Shown piece by piece: positions 10,836 through 21,182 of a stretch of DNA of 64,000 nucleotides. A program made the translations under genes and the position numbers. The notes beneath the pieces are model-generated. The model ran no database searches, was not told the origin of the DNA, and was given only the letters and a program-made list of their open reading frames with translations. The stretch comes from Bythopirellula sp. (lineage in GTDB: Bacteria; Planctomycetota; Planctomycetia; Pirellulales; Lacipirellulaceae), in assembly GCA_965216565.1 (NCBI GenBank), contig OZ244170.1, positions 1,024,001-1,088,000 on the forward strand. The letters are read 5' to 3'. The stretch's first letter is position 1, and the number at the start of each line of letters is the position of its first letter.

Positions 10836-11921
10836 CTAAGTGCTCAGCCAAAGCAGGAGCATCGAGTAAGAATTGAACACCATGTGGGCGGCAATGCAAG
10901 GCACGATTCGATGCGTCCGCTGATAGAGGTAGCCCAGCACAATTCCCAAGAGGATCAGCGGGATAGGCGCTACCCCGTGGCCGAAGTGGGCAAAACCGAA
11001 AAATATGGAACTGATTAAAATTGGCAGCCAACCGTGAGGCAGGACGTGCCACCAGCCTCGCGAGGGCCTCTCGGGGGAATCGAGAACTGCGACCGCATAT
11101 TCGGGCTCTACCAACGAAGGATCTTCAACTTGATCGCCGGCCCATTCGTGAATCTCGACTTCAACTTCGGCTGGTCGTTCTGTGGCTTGGAAATTTAGGC
11201 TTTGATCTTCAAGTTTTTCGAGCCACCCTTGGAGTAGAACGCGAAATGCGAACTCCTCGAAAATCGGAGCGGAGATGATGGCCGCGAAGGCCCCGGCGAA
11301 AAACATCATCGGCGTGCCTCCATTCTGGAATTGCTCGATCATCGGGTGCTGCTTCTCGGTTTGGACCAAGTGAAAGAGCACGATGTTCAAAAGCAGCACG
11401 GGCAACAGGGCTGCGAAACAGGCCGTCACCCCACGCACCACATCGAGCGCAAACTGCTCCATTGACTCGGGCCAACCAAAATCACAGGGGTCGATGTCCG
11501 GGTCCCAGAACATCCACATCAATGCCATTGCAACGAAGGTCAGCTGCAGCGCGGAAAAAATCAAGGCGCCGAGGACGAATTGCTCCGCGGAGATGACGTC
11601 TGCCGCTGGCTCTTCGTCTAAAAGCTCTTCGTCTTCGGAATCTGATTGTTCAACAGTCTCTTTGGTTTCGGTACCGGTTCCTTGTTCTACGAAAGCCTGG
11701 GTCAAACCAGATAGGACAAACAAGAGTGGAATGCACAACACCAACGGCCCCCAAGGCGCTCGGCGTCGAGGCTCGTAGACCAACAGAGGCGCGCCGCCAA
11801 CATGACGTTGGAAAAGGAAGAATCCCGCCAGCAGACTCAACCCCGCAGCCGCGCTCATGACAAACACGACAGGCCCGCTCAGAGCCAAGCCTTCTGCCGC
11901 AAGTTGTTGTTGCTCATTCAA
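10836..11921 (-). CDS. CPBP (CAAX/Abi) family intramembrane glutamic endopeptidase
   Basis: EEFAFR, FGFAH and AAHMVFN motifs; multiple transmembrane helices. Confidence 0.9.
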   Translation of the reverse strand: MNEQQQLAAEGLALSGPVVFVMSAAAGLSLLAGFFLFQRHVGGAPLLVYEPRRRAPWGPLVLCIPLLFVLSGLTQAFVEQGTGTETKETVEQSDSEDEELLDEEPAADVISAEQFVLGALIFSALQLTFVAMALMWMFWDPDIDPCDFGWPESMEQFALDVVRGVTACFAALLPVLLLNIVLFHLVQTEKQHPMIEQFQNGGTPMMFFAGAFAAIISAPIFEEFAFRVLLQGWLEKLEDQSLNFQATERPAEVEVEIHEWAGDQVEDPSLVEPEYAVAVLDSPERPSRGWWHVLPHGWLPILISSIFFGFAHFGHGVAPIPLILLGIVLGYLYQRTHRIVPCIAAHMVFNSYSMLLLWLST

Positions 11922-11934
11922 AACGTAGAAACAC

Positions 11935-12570
11935 TCACTCTGGCTTACTCAGTTCCTGAAGTGCTGCCTGCACGTAGCCAATCGCAGAATAGAGAGTGAG
12001 CAACACCGAGCCCCAGACGACTACGCTGAGTCCCCATGTCATCCAATTCGGCGGCACCTGCTCCCAGGTGTGCGTCTGCTGATTGACATAGGTCAGGTGA
12101 ACAATGCTCCAACCGGCTGCTACGCACTGCAGCACCATCTTCCACTTGCCAATCCACTTGGCAGAGAAATCGCCACCCCCTTGTTCCACAAAGGTCCGCA
12201 GCGCGGTCACTAACAATTCGCGACCCACTACCACCACCGCCATCCAAGCCGCAATGCCCGAAGGCGATCCACCCGACTCCAGCGCTGGGACTGCGGCCAG
12301 CAAAATATAAACGCCGCAGATAAACAGCTTATCGGCAAACGGATCGAGCACCCGACCCAGCTTGGTGACTTGCCCATACTTGCGAGCCCAGTAGCCGTCC
12401 ATCCAATCGGTAGCAGCGGTGATGACGAACAGGACGAAACTAGTTTTATAAAAGCCCAAAATCAGACAAGCAAACAGCACCAAAGAAAGAAAAATCCGCG
12501 ACAACGTGAGCTTATTCGGCACGTTGAGCAATGTGGAACTAGCGGCGGTAGGGGGGGAAGTTTCTGGCAT
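11935..12570 (-). CDS. pgsA: CDP-diacylglycerol--glycerol-3-phosphate 3-phosphatidyltransferase
   Basis: NVPNKLTLSRI and TDWMDGYWARKYGQVTKLGRVLDPFADK CDP-alcohol phosphotransferase signature. Confidence 0.92.
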   Translation of the reverse strand: MPETSPPTAASSTLLNVPNKLTLSRIFLSLVLFACLILGFYKTSFVLFVITAATDWMDGYWARKYGQVTKLGRVLDPFADKLFICGVYILLAAVPALESGGSPSGIAAWMAVVVVGRELLVTALRTFVEQGGGDFSAKWIGKWKMVLQCVAAGWSIVHLTYVNQQTHTWEQVPPNWMTWGLSVVVWGSVLLTLYSAIGYVQAALQELSKPE

Positions 12571-12705
12571 TGAGTAGATTGGAATCGAAGTCCTCTCCTA
12601 GCAATTCTCAATTCTACTACTCTCTCCCCCTGGTGGGGAGGGAACTTGTTTTCACAGATACTGGATGGCCAAAAAAACCTTGCGATTGGTCAGGCTAGAG
12701 CGCAG

Positions 12706-14091
12706 CTAACGCGCCACGCCACACGCAGCCCCGATCAGATCGTATCCTTGACTCCCCACAATTTCACAGGGTACCAACTCGCCCACGGCGAGTCCTTCCC
12801 CGGTTACATAGACTACGCCATCCACATCTGGGGCATCGGCAAAGCTGCGGCCGATCCAAGCCTGGTCTTCGCCGGGCACGGGGGCATCGATCAGCACGTC
12901 GAGCTGGCGGCCCACTTGCGCGTCGTTCCAGGCAAACGCGATCGATTGCTGCTCGGCCATCAGTCGCTCGCGGCGCGATTCCATCACCTCGTCGCTAACC
13001 GCCCCTGGCAATCGTGCCGCTGGGGTATCGGGTTCGTGAGAATAAGTGAACACACCGAGCCGTTCGAACTCGTGTTGGCGGACGAAGTCGACCATCTCGT
13101 CAAATTGCTCGTCGGTCTCACCTGGAAATCCGGTGATCATTGTCGTACGCATTACCAAGTTCGGAATGTTCTGGCGAAGCTTGGCCAAGAGCTCCTCGGT
13201 GTCGTGCCGATTGACTCGTCGTTGCATTCGTTTGAGCATCGTATCGTTGGCATGCTGTAGCGGCATATCGAGATACGGCAGGATCTTGTCGCTGCTGGCA
13301 ATCGCTTCGATCAAACGATCGTCGATATACATCGGATAGAAATACATCAAGCGAATCCAGTCCAGACCGTCCACTTTATTGAGCTCGGTGAGTAGTTCCG
13401 TCAGCCGCGGCTCGCCATACAAGTCCATGCCGTAGTAGGTGGTGTCTTGAGCAACGATTACCAATTCACGTACGCCGTCCGCGGCAAGTTCCTGCGCCTC
13501 GGCAATCACTTCTTCAATTGGCTTCGTGGCGTGCTTGCCGCGCATCTTGGGGATGGCGCAAAATGTGCAGAGGCGATCGCATCCCTCAGAGATTTTCAAA
13601 AAAGCAAAATGCTTCGGCGTAATTCGCAATCGGGCGGTGTCGGGTAAAGGATGCGTCGGGGCCGGTTGGAACACGGTCCGCTGTTCGTCGAGCCCACCGA
13701 CGAGCCGGTCGGCAACCTTCGTCACTTCTTCCCGGCCAAACACGCCCACGAGGTGGTCGATCTCCGGCCGCTCGACGAGCAGATCTTCTTTCTGTCGCTC
13801 CGCCAAACAGCCACTAACGATCACCCCTCGCAAATCACCGCGCTTCTTGAGATCGATCATCTCGTCAATCACGGAAAAAGATTCCTGCCGGGCTTGCTCG
13901 ATAAAGCCGCAAGTATTGACCACGGCAAAGTCGGCGCCTTGAGGATCGTCGACCAGTTCGTAACCGTCGAGCTGCAACATGCCAAGCATCCGCTCGCTGT
14001 CGACCAAATTCTTGGGACAGCCCAAACTAACAAAGGCATAGCGGCCTTTTACGTCGGTGGAATCTTTGGCAGGGGTGTAGGAGCCGGGCAC
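12706..14091 (-). CDS. rimO: Ribosomal protein S12 methylthiotransferase
   Basis: [18 protein letters not shown], radical SAM motif CDRLCTFC; C-terminal [12 protein letters not shown] domain. Confidence 0.95.
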   Translation of the reverse strand: MPGSYTPAKDSTDVKGRYAFVSLGCPKNLVDSERMLGMLQLDGYELVDDPQGADFAVVNTCGFIEQARQESFSVIDEMIDLKKRGDLRGVIVSGCLAERQKEDLLVERPEIDHLVGVFGREEVTKVADRLVGGLDEQRTVFQPAPTHPLPDTARLRITPKHFAFLKISEGCDRLCTFCAIPKMRGKHATKPIEEVIAEAQELAADGVRELVIVAQDTTYYGMDLYGEPRLTELLTELNKVDGLDWIRLMYFYPMYIDDRLIEAIASSDKILPYLDMPLQHANDTMLKRMQRRVNRHDTEELLAKLRQNIPNLVMRTTMITGFPGETDEQFDEMVDFVRQHEFERLGVFTYSHEPDTPAARLPGAVSDEVMESRRERLMAEQQSIAFAWNDAQVGRQLDVLIDAPVPGEDQAWIGRSFADAPDVDGVVYVTGEGLAVGELVPCEIVGSQGYDLIGAACGVAR

Positions 14092-14275
14092 AGGGTGTTC
14101 CTAAAGGGGCAGGTGGCGGAAGGTTAGCCCTGCAGTATAGCGGAATTGGAGAGGGTGAGATACGGGCGAGATCTGTGAACGCAGACGGCGTGGGGGAAGT
14201 TCGCCAGAAACGGCTAACTCGAATCACCGCCTCCAACTATGGCAAACGCTGCAGAACGATCTGGCGATAAAAGGC

Positions 14276-14322
14276 TTGCAATCCCACCACAATCAAATAA
14301 TATACGTATGTACACTATATAC
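14276..14322 (+). promoter_or_regulatory. Putative sigma70 promoter with overlapping palindromic operator
   Basis: TTGCAA-N16-TAATAT followed by TATAC-GTAT-GTACA and TGTAC-ACTA-TATAC. Confidence 0.4.
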
Positions 14323-14336
14323 CAGAGGGTGGAGCG

Positions 14337-15071
14337 ATGCTCACCGAAATTCCAGCCGAACAATTCGCCGCTGCTACTGAGACATGTGCCGCGCAAGCGC
14401 TTGCGGAAGTTGGTTGGTCGTTTCCGCCGGTCGATGCGCTGCAGCTTGCCGAGCGACTCCACTTGCAGCTAGCCACCGATACCACAATGGACGTGCGGGC
14501 ACGATTTGTGCGTCTGCCAACGGCGGGGCAGGGGACCATCTTTCTGGCTCAGGACAAGCGGCCCGAGCGGGTGCAGTGGGCGGTGGCTCACGAGGTCGGC
14601 GAGTTCCTGGCTCACCGCGTCGTGGAATTGCTGGGAGTTGATCTAGCAGAAATGCCAACCGCCGCTCGCGAACACATCGCCAATCGTTTGGCCAACTCGC
14701 TGCTGCTGCCACATCAGTGGTTTGCAAAGGATGGCCCGGCGACCGAGTGGGATCTATTTGAGCTAAAGACTCTCTACCGCACGGCCAGCCACGAACTCAT
14801 CGCGCGACGGATGCTGGAAATGTCTCCAGCGATTGTGATCTCCCTCTTCGATCAAGGTAAACTCGTGTGGCGCAAAAGCAATGTGATCAATAATCCGCCG
14901 TCACTTACCTCCGCCGAACGCGACACTTGGCAAGCAGCTTACGACTGCAATCACGCTTCGCGATTCGAGCAAGCGATCCTACCAGCCGGCATCCAAGACA
15001 TCCGCTGCTGGCCCGTTCACGAGCCAGATTGGCGAAGGGAGATTCTCAGGACAGAACTAGCCGATTGGTAA
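14337..15071 (+). CDS. ImmA/IrrE family metallo-endopeptidase-like protein
   Basis: PPVDA start, ERVQWAVAHEVGE and EHIANRLANSLLLP; HExxH is altered to HExxE. Confidence 0.8.
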   Translation: MLTEIPAEQFAAATETCAAQALAEVGWSFPPVDALQLAERLHLQLATDTTMDVRARFVRLPTAGQGTIFLAQDKRPERVQWAVAHEVGEFLAHRVVELLGVDLAEMPTAAREHIANRLANSLLLPHQWFAKDGPATEWDLFELKTLYRTASHELIARRMLEMSPAIVISLFDQGKLVWRKSNVINNPPSLTSAERDTWQAAYDCNHASRFEQAILPAGIQDIRCWPVHEPDWRREILRTELADW

Positions 15072-15108
15072 AGCAAGAAGCAAGCCAAGAATCGCGATGT
15101 CGAGCATA

Positions 15109-15131
15109 GCCGCGATCCTACGGATCGCCGG
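15109..15131 (+). repeat. Left boundary repeat (candidate attL core)
   Basis: gccgcgatcctacggatcgccgg; 21/23 identical to 56133-56155. Confidence 0.7.
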
Positions 15132-15220
15132 TTTAATTTAACCTGTCGGCGTAGGCAATGTGAAAACAGGTGTTTTCGGAGGCAAGTTTCATTGAAACAG
15201 TCGATTTTGCCAAGACTGTG

Positions 15221-16435
15221 TCAATCGTCAAGGTTATCACGTTTCTCAGGCTCGGCTGGCCCGGCATCTTCTTTTTCCTTGTCACTCTCAGTTTCGCCAA
15301 TAGAACATCCACTGGCTCCGCCAAGAAAATCTATGTTGCGCATACAGCGTTTCGCATCTTCATCGTGTAGATGATAGTAGTGGCGAATCATCTCACTTTT
15401 TGAGTGCCCTAGCCATTTCATCACCATACGTTCTGGAACGGCCTTCATTAGCACAGGTCGAACAAAATAGTGCCTGAAGCTATGGAATCTGGCATCCGCA
15501 AAGGTTTTGAGTCCCTGTACTTTTGGGAATTGTGGTGCCAGAGGAGCGATCACATCGCTGACGAAGATTCCTCGAGCAGTCTTGTCATGAAGTTTTCCAC
15601 CCCTAGGACCTCGAAACACCGGACCTTTTTCCGTCCCCATATGTCGGAGCACTTGTAGAAGGTCTGGGTGGATAGGGAAAGATCGACTGCGGCCATTCTT
15701 GGTTTGCCGATTTTGGACCGAATCTGTTTCGATCTGCCCAGATTGATAGGTGAGCATCAGTTGTTCATCATCAAGGTCGAGATCTGACCAGGTGATTGTT
15801 GCCAACTCTGATATCCGCAATCCGGTGCAGGCTAGGGCTACGATAATATTTGCCAGCCAGCCGAGCTGTTCTTGTGCCTGGCAGAATACAACCATGGCTC
15901 GAATCTGGCACGATGTGTAGCAATAAGCCGACTGGCTTTCGACCTTACGCAGCTTTAAATGGACGGGCTCAACGCCCGACAAGTGATTCGCCTCCAAGAG
16001 CCACTTTTGCACACCAGCAATGGTGATGACGTCCTGTCGGATAGTGCTTCCGGCATTTTCCCCTTCAAAATGTTTTACGTAGTCCGTGAGAAACTTGTCG
16101 TTGACTCCATTCCAGGTTTCGACACCTCGCTGCTTGGCGAACGGCGAGAGCTTGTTCAAAACGGAACGATATCGCCGCTACGATGTTTTCTTAAGCCCCC
16201 CTGCTAACTGAGGCCGGGCAACGTGCTCACTAAATAACCTACCACCTTCCTCTAAGGTAACCAAGACAAGCTTCTCGGACTTATGAAGACTCTTGGCCAC
16301 GAGTCCTAGATCTTCGGCACAAACTCGATCAAGGTCTGGCAATTGCCTAAGGGCTTCGTCCCGGTCTCTTGTTCCGAGGGAATGGCGTCCGGCGCTAAGA
16401 GGGTTACTCCTACCGTCGTCGTACCAAACGCCCTT
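15221..16435 (-). pseudogene. Tyrosine recombinase/integrase pseudogene
   Basis: TGLRISE, HSFRH and LGHS...Y catalytic motifs; in-frame TAG at 16178-16180; 5' end replaced by an IS3 fragment. Confidence 0.9.
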
Positions 16436-16438
16436 AGT

Positions 16439-16612
16439 TGGAGACTCGACTATAACCATCGCCGACCCCACAGTTCGTTGGATTACCAGACCCCGGCAGC
16501 ATTCGCAGCCCGCTGTTGTTCTGGAGTGAGGCCGTAGGCCGAACGGAAGAACAACAGCGGAAACCACCGCAACGCGCTCACTTAGGCTGGTACGAAACTT
16601 GGGAGGTTGTCA
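16439..16612 (+). mobile_element. IS3-family remnant: transposase C-terminus and right terminal repeat
   Basis: WRLDYNHRRPHSSLDYQTPAAFA followed by ctcacttaggctggtacgaaacttgggaggttgtca ending in CA. Confidence 0.85.
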
Positions 16613-16760
16613 GGCATGTCGGATAGATAATCAAGACGGGCTCTCGGCAATTGCAAAACACTTCCCAAGCATATGTTACAATTTGCAGCGAGATTTAGTA
16701 TTCCGATTTCGATGCGTATGCGGGCAGTTGCTGGTTCTTATCACGTGTCGCTTTAGGATG

Positions 16761-16800
16761 TGAAAACGCTACTAAGGTTTTAGTCACGCTCTCGGAAGAG
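16761..16800 (+). repeat. Inner direct repeat, copy 1
   Basis: tgaaaacgctactaaggttttagtcacgctctcggaagag; 34/40 ungapped match to 54132-54171. Confidence 0.75.
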
Positions 16801-17392
16801 GACGCACGACAATCCTTAATGGCGGTTTCTGCTGTTGTTCTCGGGAAATAGAGCGGTTTCTGTGAGTCTCATCCCGGTGGATTCACAGATGCGGGGCTGA
16901 GCAGGCCTTCTCTCGATTATCTTGAGGATCATTCTCGGGATGACTAATATCGACATTCCCTGAGCCTGCCTCTTGAGTGCAGGGATCTATATATCAAAGC
17001 CATTACTCGGCATAGGACAGATAAACAGGCGATGCGACCTCGGGTCTGTGAAACCCTTCGTGACCTCATCTACAACTAGCTCCTCGACGTAGGTCGATCA
17101 ACATTCTATTGTTGTCCAACAGTTCCAGACGATTTTGGTTTCATCGTATTCACGATAAGCCTTCTCACTTTCTCAAACAAGTATACGTCATCGAAATGAT
17201 ATCATTTGTTAGCCCCCGGCCGGCAATCCACCAGCTTAAGACGACAATAGGTGGAGGGAAGCTTGTTCAGTTTCCACCCGAGGTAAAATTCACCGCATAT
17301 AGTTTATGCAGCCTCCGGCATGCGGCAGTTGGATCTATCAACAGATTGGGTTGAAAGAAGAGAATTAGTTTGACAGAAATCACCGAAGCAAC

Positions 17393-17659
17393 TTACGACG
17401 ATTCGATCTTTGCCGAGAACTTTGACATTTCCCTAGAAGCTGATGTAGATTCATCCGGTCGACTATCGCACAAGTATCGATCGGGGACATAGAAATACTC
17501 GATCCACTCAAGCTCAGCATCACTCCAGAATTCCTCGTCTAGGCCGACAGGGCATCCGGCAGCCTCCCATTTTAGGTAGGCGATCTCTTGGACTTGGCTA
17601 CGCGCAATCTCAAGTTCTTCAGGAGTTAGAATCAAGTCTTCGAGCGATACGATGTCCAC
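17393..17659 (-). CDS. DUF2934 domain protein
   Basis: IAYLKWEAAGCPVGLDEEFWSDAE motif; RBS gagga; last gene of the USP operon. Confidence 0.8.
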   Translation of the reverse strand: MDIVSLEDLILTPEELEIARSQVQEIAYLKWEAAGCPVGLDEEFWSDAELEWIEYFYVPDRYLCDSRPDESTSASREMSKFSAKIESS

Positions 17660-17691
17660 GTCTGTTCCTCACAATCTCGAAACCTTACGCC

Positions 17692-18519
17692 TTATTGAGC
17701 TAGAAAAAGAGGTCTATCTGCGTGCTGCACGGTATGCAGCATTGTTTCCCCAAATATTCTTCGCAAGATTAGGTTCCTATTACTGTTTCCCATCACTATT
17801 AGGTCAGCGTTCCAGTCGTTGGCATACGGCAGCAAGCTTCGCTTTGCAGATGAAGGTTCGTAGTCGGAATCAACACTGAAGCCGTGGGACCGGAGATAAT
17901 TCACTGCATCGCCGAGGAGTGATCTGGCAGTCGCCTGGGAGTGCTCGAAGGTTACCACTCGCAAATTCGCATCTGGCCAGAGCCGTAACTGAGCAAAACG
18001 CTTCATCGCTTTTGCAGATTCCATCGATCCGCTGTAGGCAATTAGTACATTGTTAATTCTCCTATGCTTCGGCGAGACAGTTATCAATGGACGCACACCT
18101 GCCTGGACTAGCCGAATTAGTTCGGCTGGGGGTTCATCGACGACACCATGTTCAAACAGATGCCCAAGTCCGCAAACAATAAGATCATGATAACGAGCTG
18201 CATCAGACATGCATTGGTAAGGATCACCTTCTGGGTTATTGATCGAGTGTTCGATCGCTGCCCGGGTAGCGGAATTACCAAATTCCTTAGTGACTTCTAC
18301 GATAATCTTCTTGGCTTTAGCAATTCGGTGGGCCCTCAGGTCAGCAGCTGCCGAGCCACCACCTACCGGCACAGGTCCCGTGGCACCAATCCTTTCTCGA
18401 TCGAGTATGCATAGACCTGTTAGCGATGAACGCTGCGCTCGAGCAATGTCAATCGCCATTAGGGTGGCGGCTGAGGCGTATGTTTGATCACCAAGACCTA
18501 CAAGTATGCGACGAATCAT
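17692..18519 (-). CDS. Universal stress protein, tandem domains
   Basis: RILVGL and NVLIAYSGS...ADLIVMG...FGET...RPLFL. Confidence 0.9.
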   Translation of the reverse strand: MIRRILVGLGDQTYASAATLMAIDIARAQRSSLTGLCILDRERIGATGPVPVGGGSAAADLRAHRIAKAKKIIVEVTKEFGNSATRAAIEHSINNPEGDPYQCMSDAARYHDLIVCGLGHLFEHGVVDEPPAELIRLVQAGVRPLITVSPKHRRINNVLIAYSGSMESAKAMKRFAQLRLWPDANLRVVTFEHSQATARSLLGDAVNYLRSHGFSVDSDYEPSSAKRSLLPYANDWNADLIVMGNSNRNLILRRIFGETMLHTVQHADRPLFLAQ

Positions 18520-18985
18520 TCTTGTTCTCCTTTCGATCTTGCCAGCATGTTCCGCGATATTCTTTGAGCACGAGGACCGGACAATGGGCTAGACGAACAA
18601 CTTTCTCGGTAACCGAGCCTAACAGAAGACGCCTCATACCTGTCCGCCCATGGGAGGGGATTACGATGGCATCAGCCCCGATTTGTTTGGCAAATTCAGC
18701 GATTTCATTTCCTGGGTCTCCAAATTCCACATGGAATGATACTTCCCGAAACCTATCGGACCCCAGAGACTTCTGGTAGTACGCTTCTACATTCTTCCGT
18801 CTTTCATCTATTGGCTTCGCATCCCACATGGCAGCTGGAGAAGTGACTGCTAAATCCTGGTCAATGTGGACGACATGAACATCATGTGGTGTAGATGCCA
18901 ACTTGAGGGCCGTCTTAATCGCACCCGCCGAGGCCTTGCCAAAGTCGATCGGTACGAGCAGTTTCTTATCGGTAAACCAACTCAT
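18488..18985 (-). CDS. Universal stress protein
   Basis: LLVPIDF ... SHGRTGMRRLLLGSVTEKVVRLAHCPVLV. Confidence 0.93.
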   Translation of the reverse strand: MSWFTDKKLLVPIDFGKASAGAIKTALKLASTPHDVHVVHIDQDLAVTSPAAMWDAKPIDERRKNVEAYYQKSLGSDRFREVSFHVEFGDPGNEIAEFAKQIGADAIVIPSHGRTGMRRLLLGSVTEKVVRLAHCPVLVLKEYRGTCWQDRKENKNDSSHTCRSW

Positions 18986-19503
18986 TGTGGCGCACCTTTC
19001 AAAATAGAAGTGTGATGATCTGCGTCAACAATCGTCTGCAAAATATCCAGAGCGCTTACCACGCCTATTGGGCATGCACGTTCGTCCACAACGATTAGGC
19101 GATGAATGTTTTCTCCGCTGATGTATCTTGCAGCGTCGATCACTGATTGTTCGACCCCGATGGTTTGGACTGCAGAGCTCATGTGCCTTTCGACCCGGTC
19201 CTCTGGGACTACTTCAATCTGAAGCGATCCATAGGCACCTTCATGTGAGACTTCAACTTCATTGGCAACTGACGAATAGCCATCTCCCTGCGAGTTCCGA
19301 TAGCATCTCCTTATGATATCTGAGTTGCTCACGACACCCACGCATTTCCCCATCTCATCGATCACCGGGAGTCCGCTGATGTCGTGCTCTACCAGTAGTT
19401 TTTCGGCCTCTACGATCGTCGCATTCTTGGAAACCGACCAGATCTGCAGTGACATGATGTCTTTTACCTTGTACTCATGTAGTTTCTCGAAAGTGTCGTT
19501 CAT
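18982..19503 (-). CDS. CBS domain pair protein
   Basis: VKDIMS, ISGLPVID...VGVVS, IHRLIVVD...IGVVSALDI; start at 19503 overlaps the upstream stop (ATGA). Confidence 0.9.
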   Translation of the reverse strand: MNDTFEKLHEYKVKDIMSLQIWSVSKNATIVEAEKLLVEHDISGLPVIDEMGKCVGVVSNSDIIRRCYRNSQGDGYSSVANEVEVSHEGAYGSLQIEVVPEDRVERHMSSAVQTIGVEQSVIDAARYISGENIHRLIVVDERACPIGVVSALDILQTIVDADHHTSILKGAPQ

Positions 19504-19982
19504 CTTTCGGCCACACTTTCTGGTTGAGTACCTTCTGCCAGCAAGGGACTGGAGTTGGCCCGAACAGTAAGCACTGGGCAAGATGCTGTCCTGACAATCT
19601 CTTCGGCAACGCTTCCCAATAGAAGTTTACTAATGCCAGAGACTCCATGAGTGCCAATCACAATCAAATCAGCGTGTTTCCTCTGAGAAAACTTGACGAT
19701 TTCGTCCGCCGCTTCACCTCTAAGAAAGTGGTGCTCGAAGTTAACTCTTGCAGACTGAGGCTTGACTCTCTCCAGCTTTTCCAGTTGCTCCTGGGCAATT
19801 CGATCTATCTGTGGGAGGTAGCCATACCCCACATCTCCTAACACCAGCCCCGGAGTCTCATCATCCACATGCACGATCAGCAATCGGGCCTTCTCCACAG
19901 CAGCAAATGCCGTCGCGTATTGCAGAGCGGCTACACTGCACTGTGAGAAGTCTGTGGCATAGATGATCGTATCGATATTCAT
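19500..19982 (-). CDS. Universal stress protein
   Basis: IIYATDFS ... GTHGVSGISKLLLGSVAEEIVRTASCPVL. Confidence 0.93.
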   Translation of the reverse strand: MNIDTIIYATDFSQCSVAALQYATAFAAVEKARLLIVHVDDETPGLVLGDVGYGYLPQIDRIAQEQLEKLERVKPQSARVNFEHHFLRGEAADEIVKFSQRKHADLIVIGTHGVSGISKLLLGSVAEEIVRTASCPVLTVRANSSPLLAEGTQPESVAER

Positions 19983-20012
19983 TGATCCGATTGGCTAGAG
20001 ATACCGTTCCTG

Positions 20013-20534
20013 CTAATGTTGACTGAACCTCGACATGGCTGGACTGATGGGGGTTTGATTCGACTTTTTCGATGTTTCTTTGCTGTCTCCATGCTTTATC
20101 GGCGACTTAACTGTGAGGACGGGGCATGAAGCCTTCCGCAAGACGCCTTCGGCGATACTACCCATCAGCATTCGCGATAGCCCTGTGCGACCATGAGTTC
20201 CCATAACGATTAAATCAACTTTTTCTCGTTCTGCAAACTCGACGATTTGAGATACAGCCGCTCCGGTTAGGTAGTGCCTTTGCACTCGAACACCCTCTCG
20301 TGTTGGTTTTATGTTTTCAAGCTGCTTTCGCATCACTTGCTCGAGTGAATCTGGAACATCTTCTGCGTAAGCAAAGCTACCATAGCCCCCAAGATAGGAC
20401 TGTGTGTCTTCGGCAGCATGTACGATAAATAAAGTTGCACCTGTTTCGGCCGCAAGAGCTGATGCATAGCCCAGAGCCGCGTTACTCGAGTGTGAAAAAT
20501 CTGTTGGGCATAGAATTGATTTAATTCTCATCAT
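20013..20534 (-). CDS. Universal stress protein
   Basis: ILCPTDFS ... GTHGRTGLSRMLMGSIAEGVLRKASCPVL. Confidence 0.93.
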   Translation of the reverse strand: MMRIKSILCPTDFSHSSNAALGYASALAAETGATLFIVHAAEDTQSYLGGYGSFAYAEDVPDSLEQVMRKQLENIKPTREGVRVQRHYLTGAAVSQIVEFAEREKVDLIVMGTHGRTGLSRMLMGSIAEGVLRKASCPVLTVKSPIKHGDSKETSKKSNQTPISPAMSRFSQH

Positions 20535-20610
20535 AAGCTCCTTTTGATCTCATCAGAAAGCCTCGCTGCCGCGCTTTACCGTTGAACACGAGTGCAGCAA
20601 CTAAAACATC

Positions 20611-20626
20611 CGCAACTCGTGTGCCA
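20611..20626 (-). promoter_or_regulatory. sigma54 -24/-12 promoter for the USP/CBS operon
   Basis: TGGCAC-ACGAG-TTGCG on the minus strand, ~80 bp upstream of 20534. Confidence 0.85.
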
Positions 20627-20708
20627 TAGTGAAAGACGAACAAGACGAGTCTAGTTGCCGTGAGCATATTCCCTGGCAATAGGAACTGTGCCAGATGGGA
20701 GTGCCCAC

Positions 20709-20724
20709 TGAGCCCTAACGCACA
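20709..20724. promoter_or_regulatory. Candidate enhancer (UAS), copy 1
   Basis: TGAGCC-CTAA-CGCACA between divergent sigma54 promoters. Confidence 0.5.
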
Positions 20725-20790
20725 CACCTGGAGAGGTAGTCACCAGCGACATGCTCCGGTTTTCCGAGAAGCTTCACTTGCTGAGTAGCT

Positions 20791-20806
20791 TGGCACGGAT
20801 CGTGCT
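20791..20806 (+). promoter_or_regulatory. sigma54 -24/-12 promoter
   Basis: TGGCAC-GGATC-GTGCT, 55 bp upstream of the ATG at 20862. Confidence 0.75.
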
Positions 20807-20861
20807 GCCATGTGCGGCAGGTGTTTGTACAGCAAGTTTCAAACCGGAAAGGAGAATCGAC

Positions 20862-21077
20862 ATGGCTACCGTAGATTCTGGGCAACATTGCCGCATCGTC
20901 GGTAAATCGCCGGGCAAGTCGGCAGAGAATGGGCCTATCAGACAACGAAACTTCTTGATTGATGAGGACCTGCACGCCGGTTACCTAATTCCGGCGATTC
21001 TAACTGGAATCATACTGTTTGGATTGCTGTCGATGGTATTTAGCGTTTTGGCAATTCTGTTAACGGGGTCTCAGTAG
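20862..21077 (+). CDS. Small (71 aa) C-terminally membrane-anchored hypothetical protein
   Basis: Strong RBS gaaaggag, own sigma54 promoter, one hydrophobic helix. Confidence 0.7.
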   Translation: MATVDSGQHCRIVGKSPGKSAENGPIRQRNFLIDEDLHAGYLIPAILTGIILFGLLSMVFSVLAILLTGSQ

Positions 21078-21182
21078 GTCTACGTTGCGAAGCAACCTGC
21101 CAAAGGCATCACCTTCAGTTCACGTACATCACGCTTAGCGCTATGATCGCAGTCTCGGAAAACCTATCTAGCGCAGGCGAAT

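Noticed and set aside
10836..11921. CPBP/Abi protein as a phage defence system
   Set aside because: Sits in a housekeeping run (rimO-pgsA-CPBP-ispG) with no defence context
12646..13260. Long antisense ORFs (also 61193-61900, 63320-63949, 58001-58585, 51106-51672)
   Set aside because: Shadow frames opposite well-supported genes in GC-rich DNA
14337..15071. ImmA as the anti-repressor of the island
   Set aside because: Lies outside the boundary repeat and no ImmR-like repressor is present
16178..16567. 129-aa ORF as an independent gene
   Set aside because: Chimera of antisense IS3 sequence and the integrase N-terminus
16800..17390. ORF 17109-17354 and surrounding DNA
   Set aside because: No RBS or recognisable motif; looks like degraded sequence
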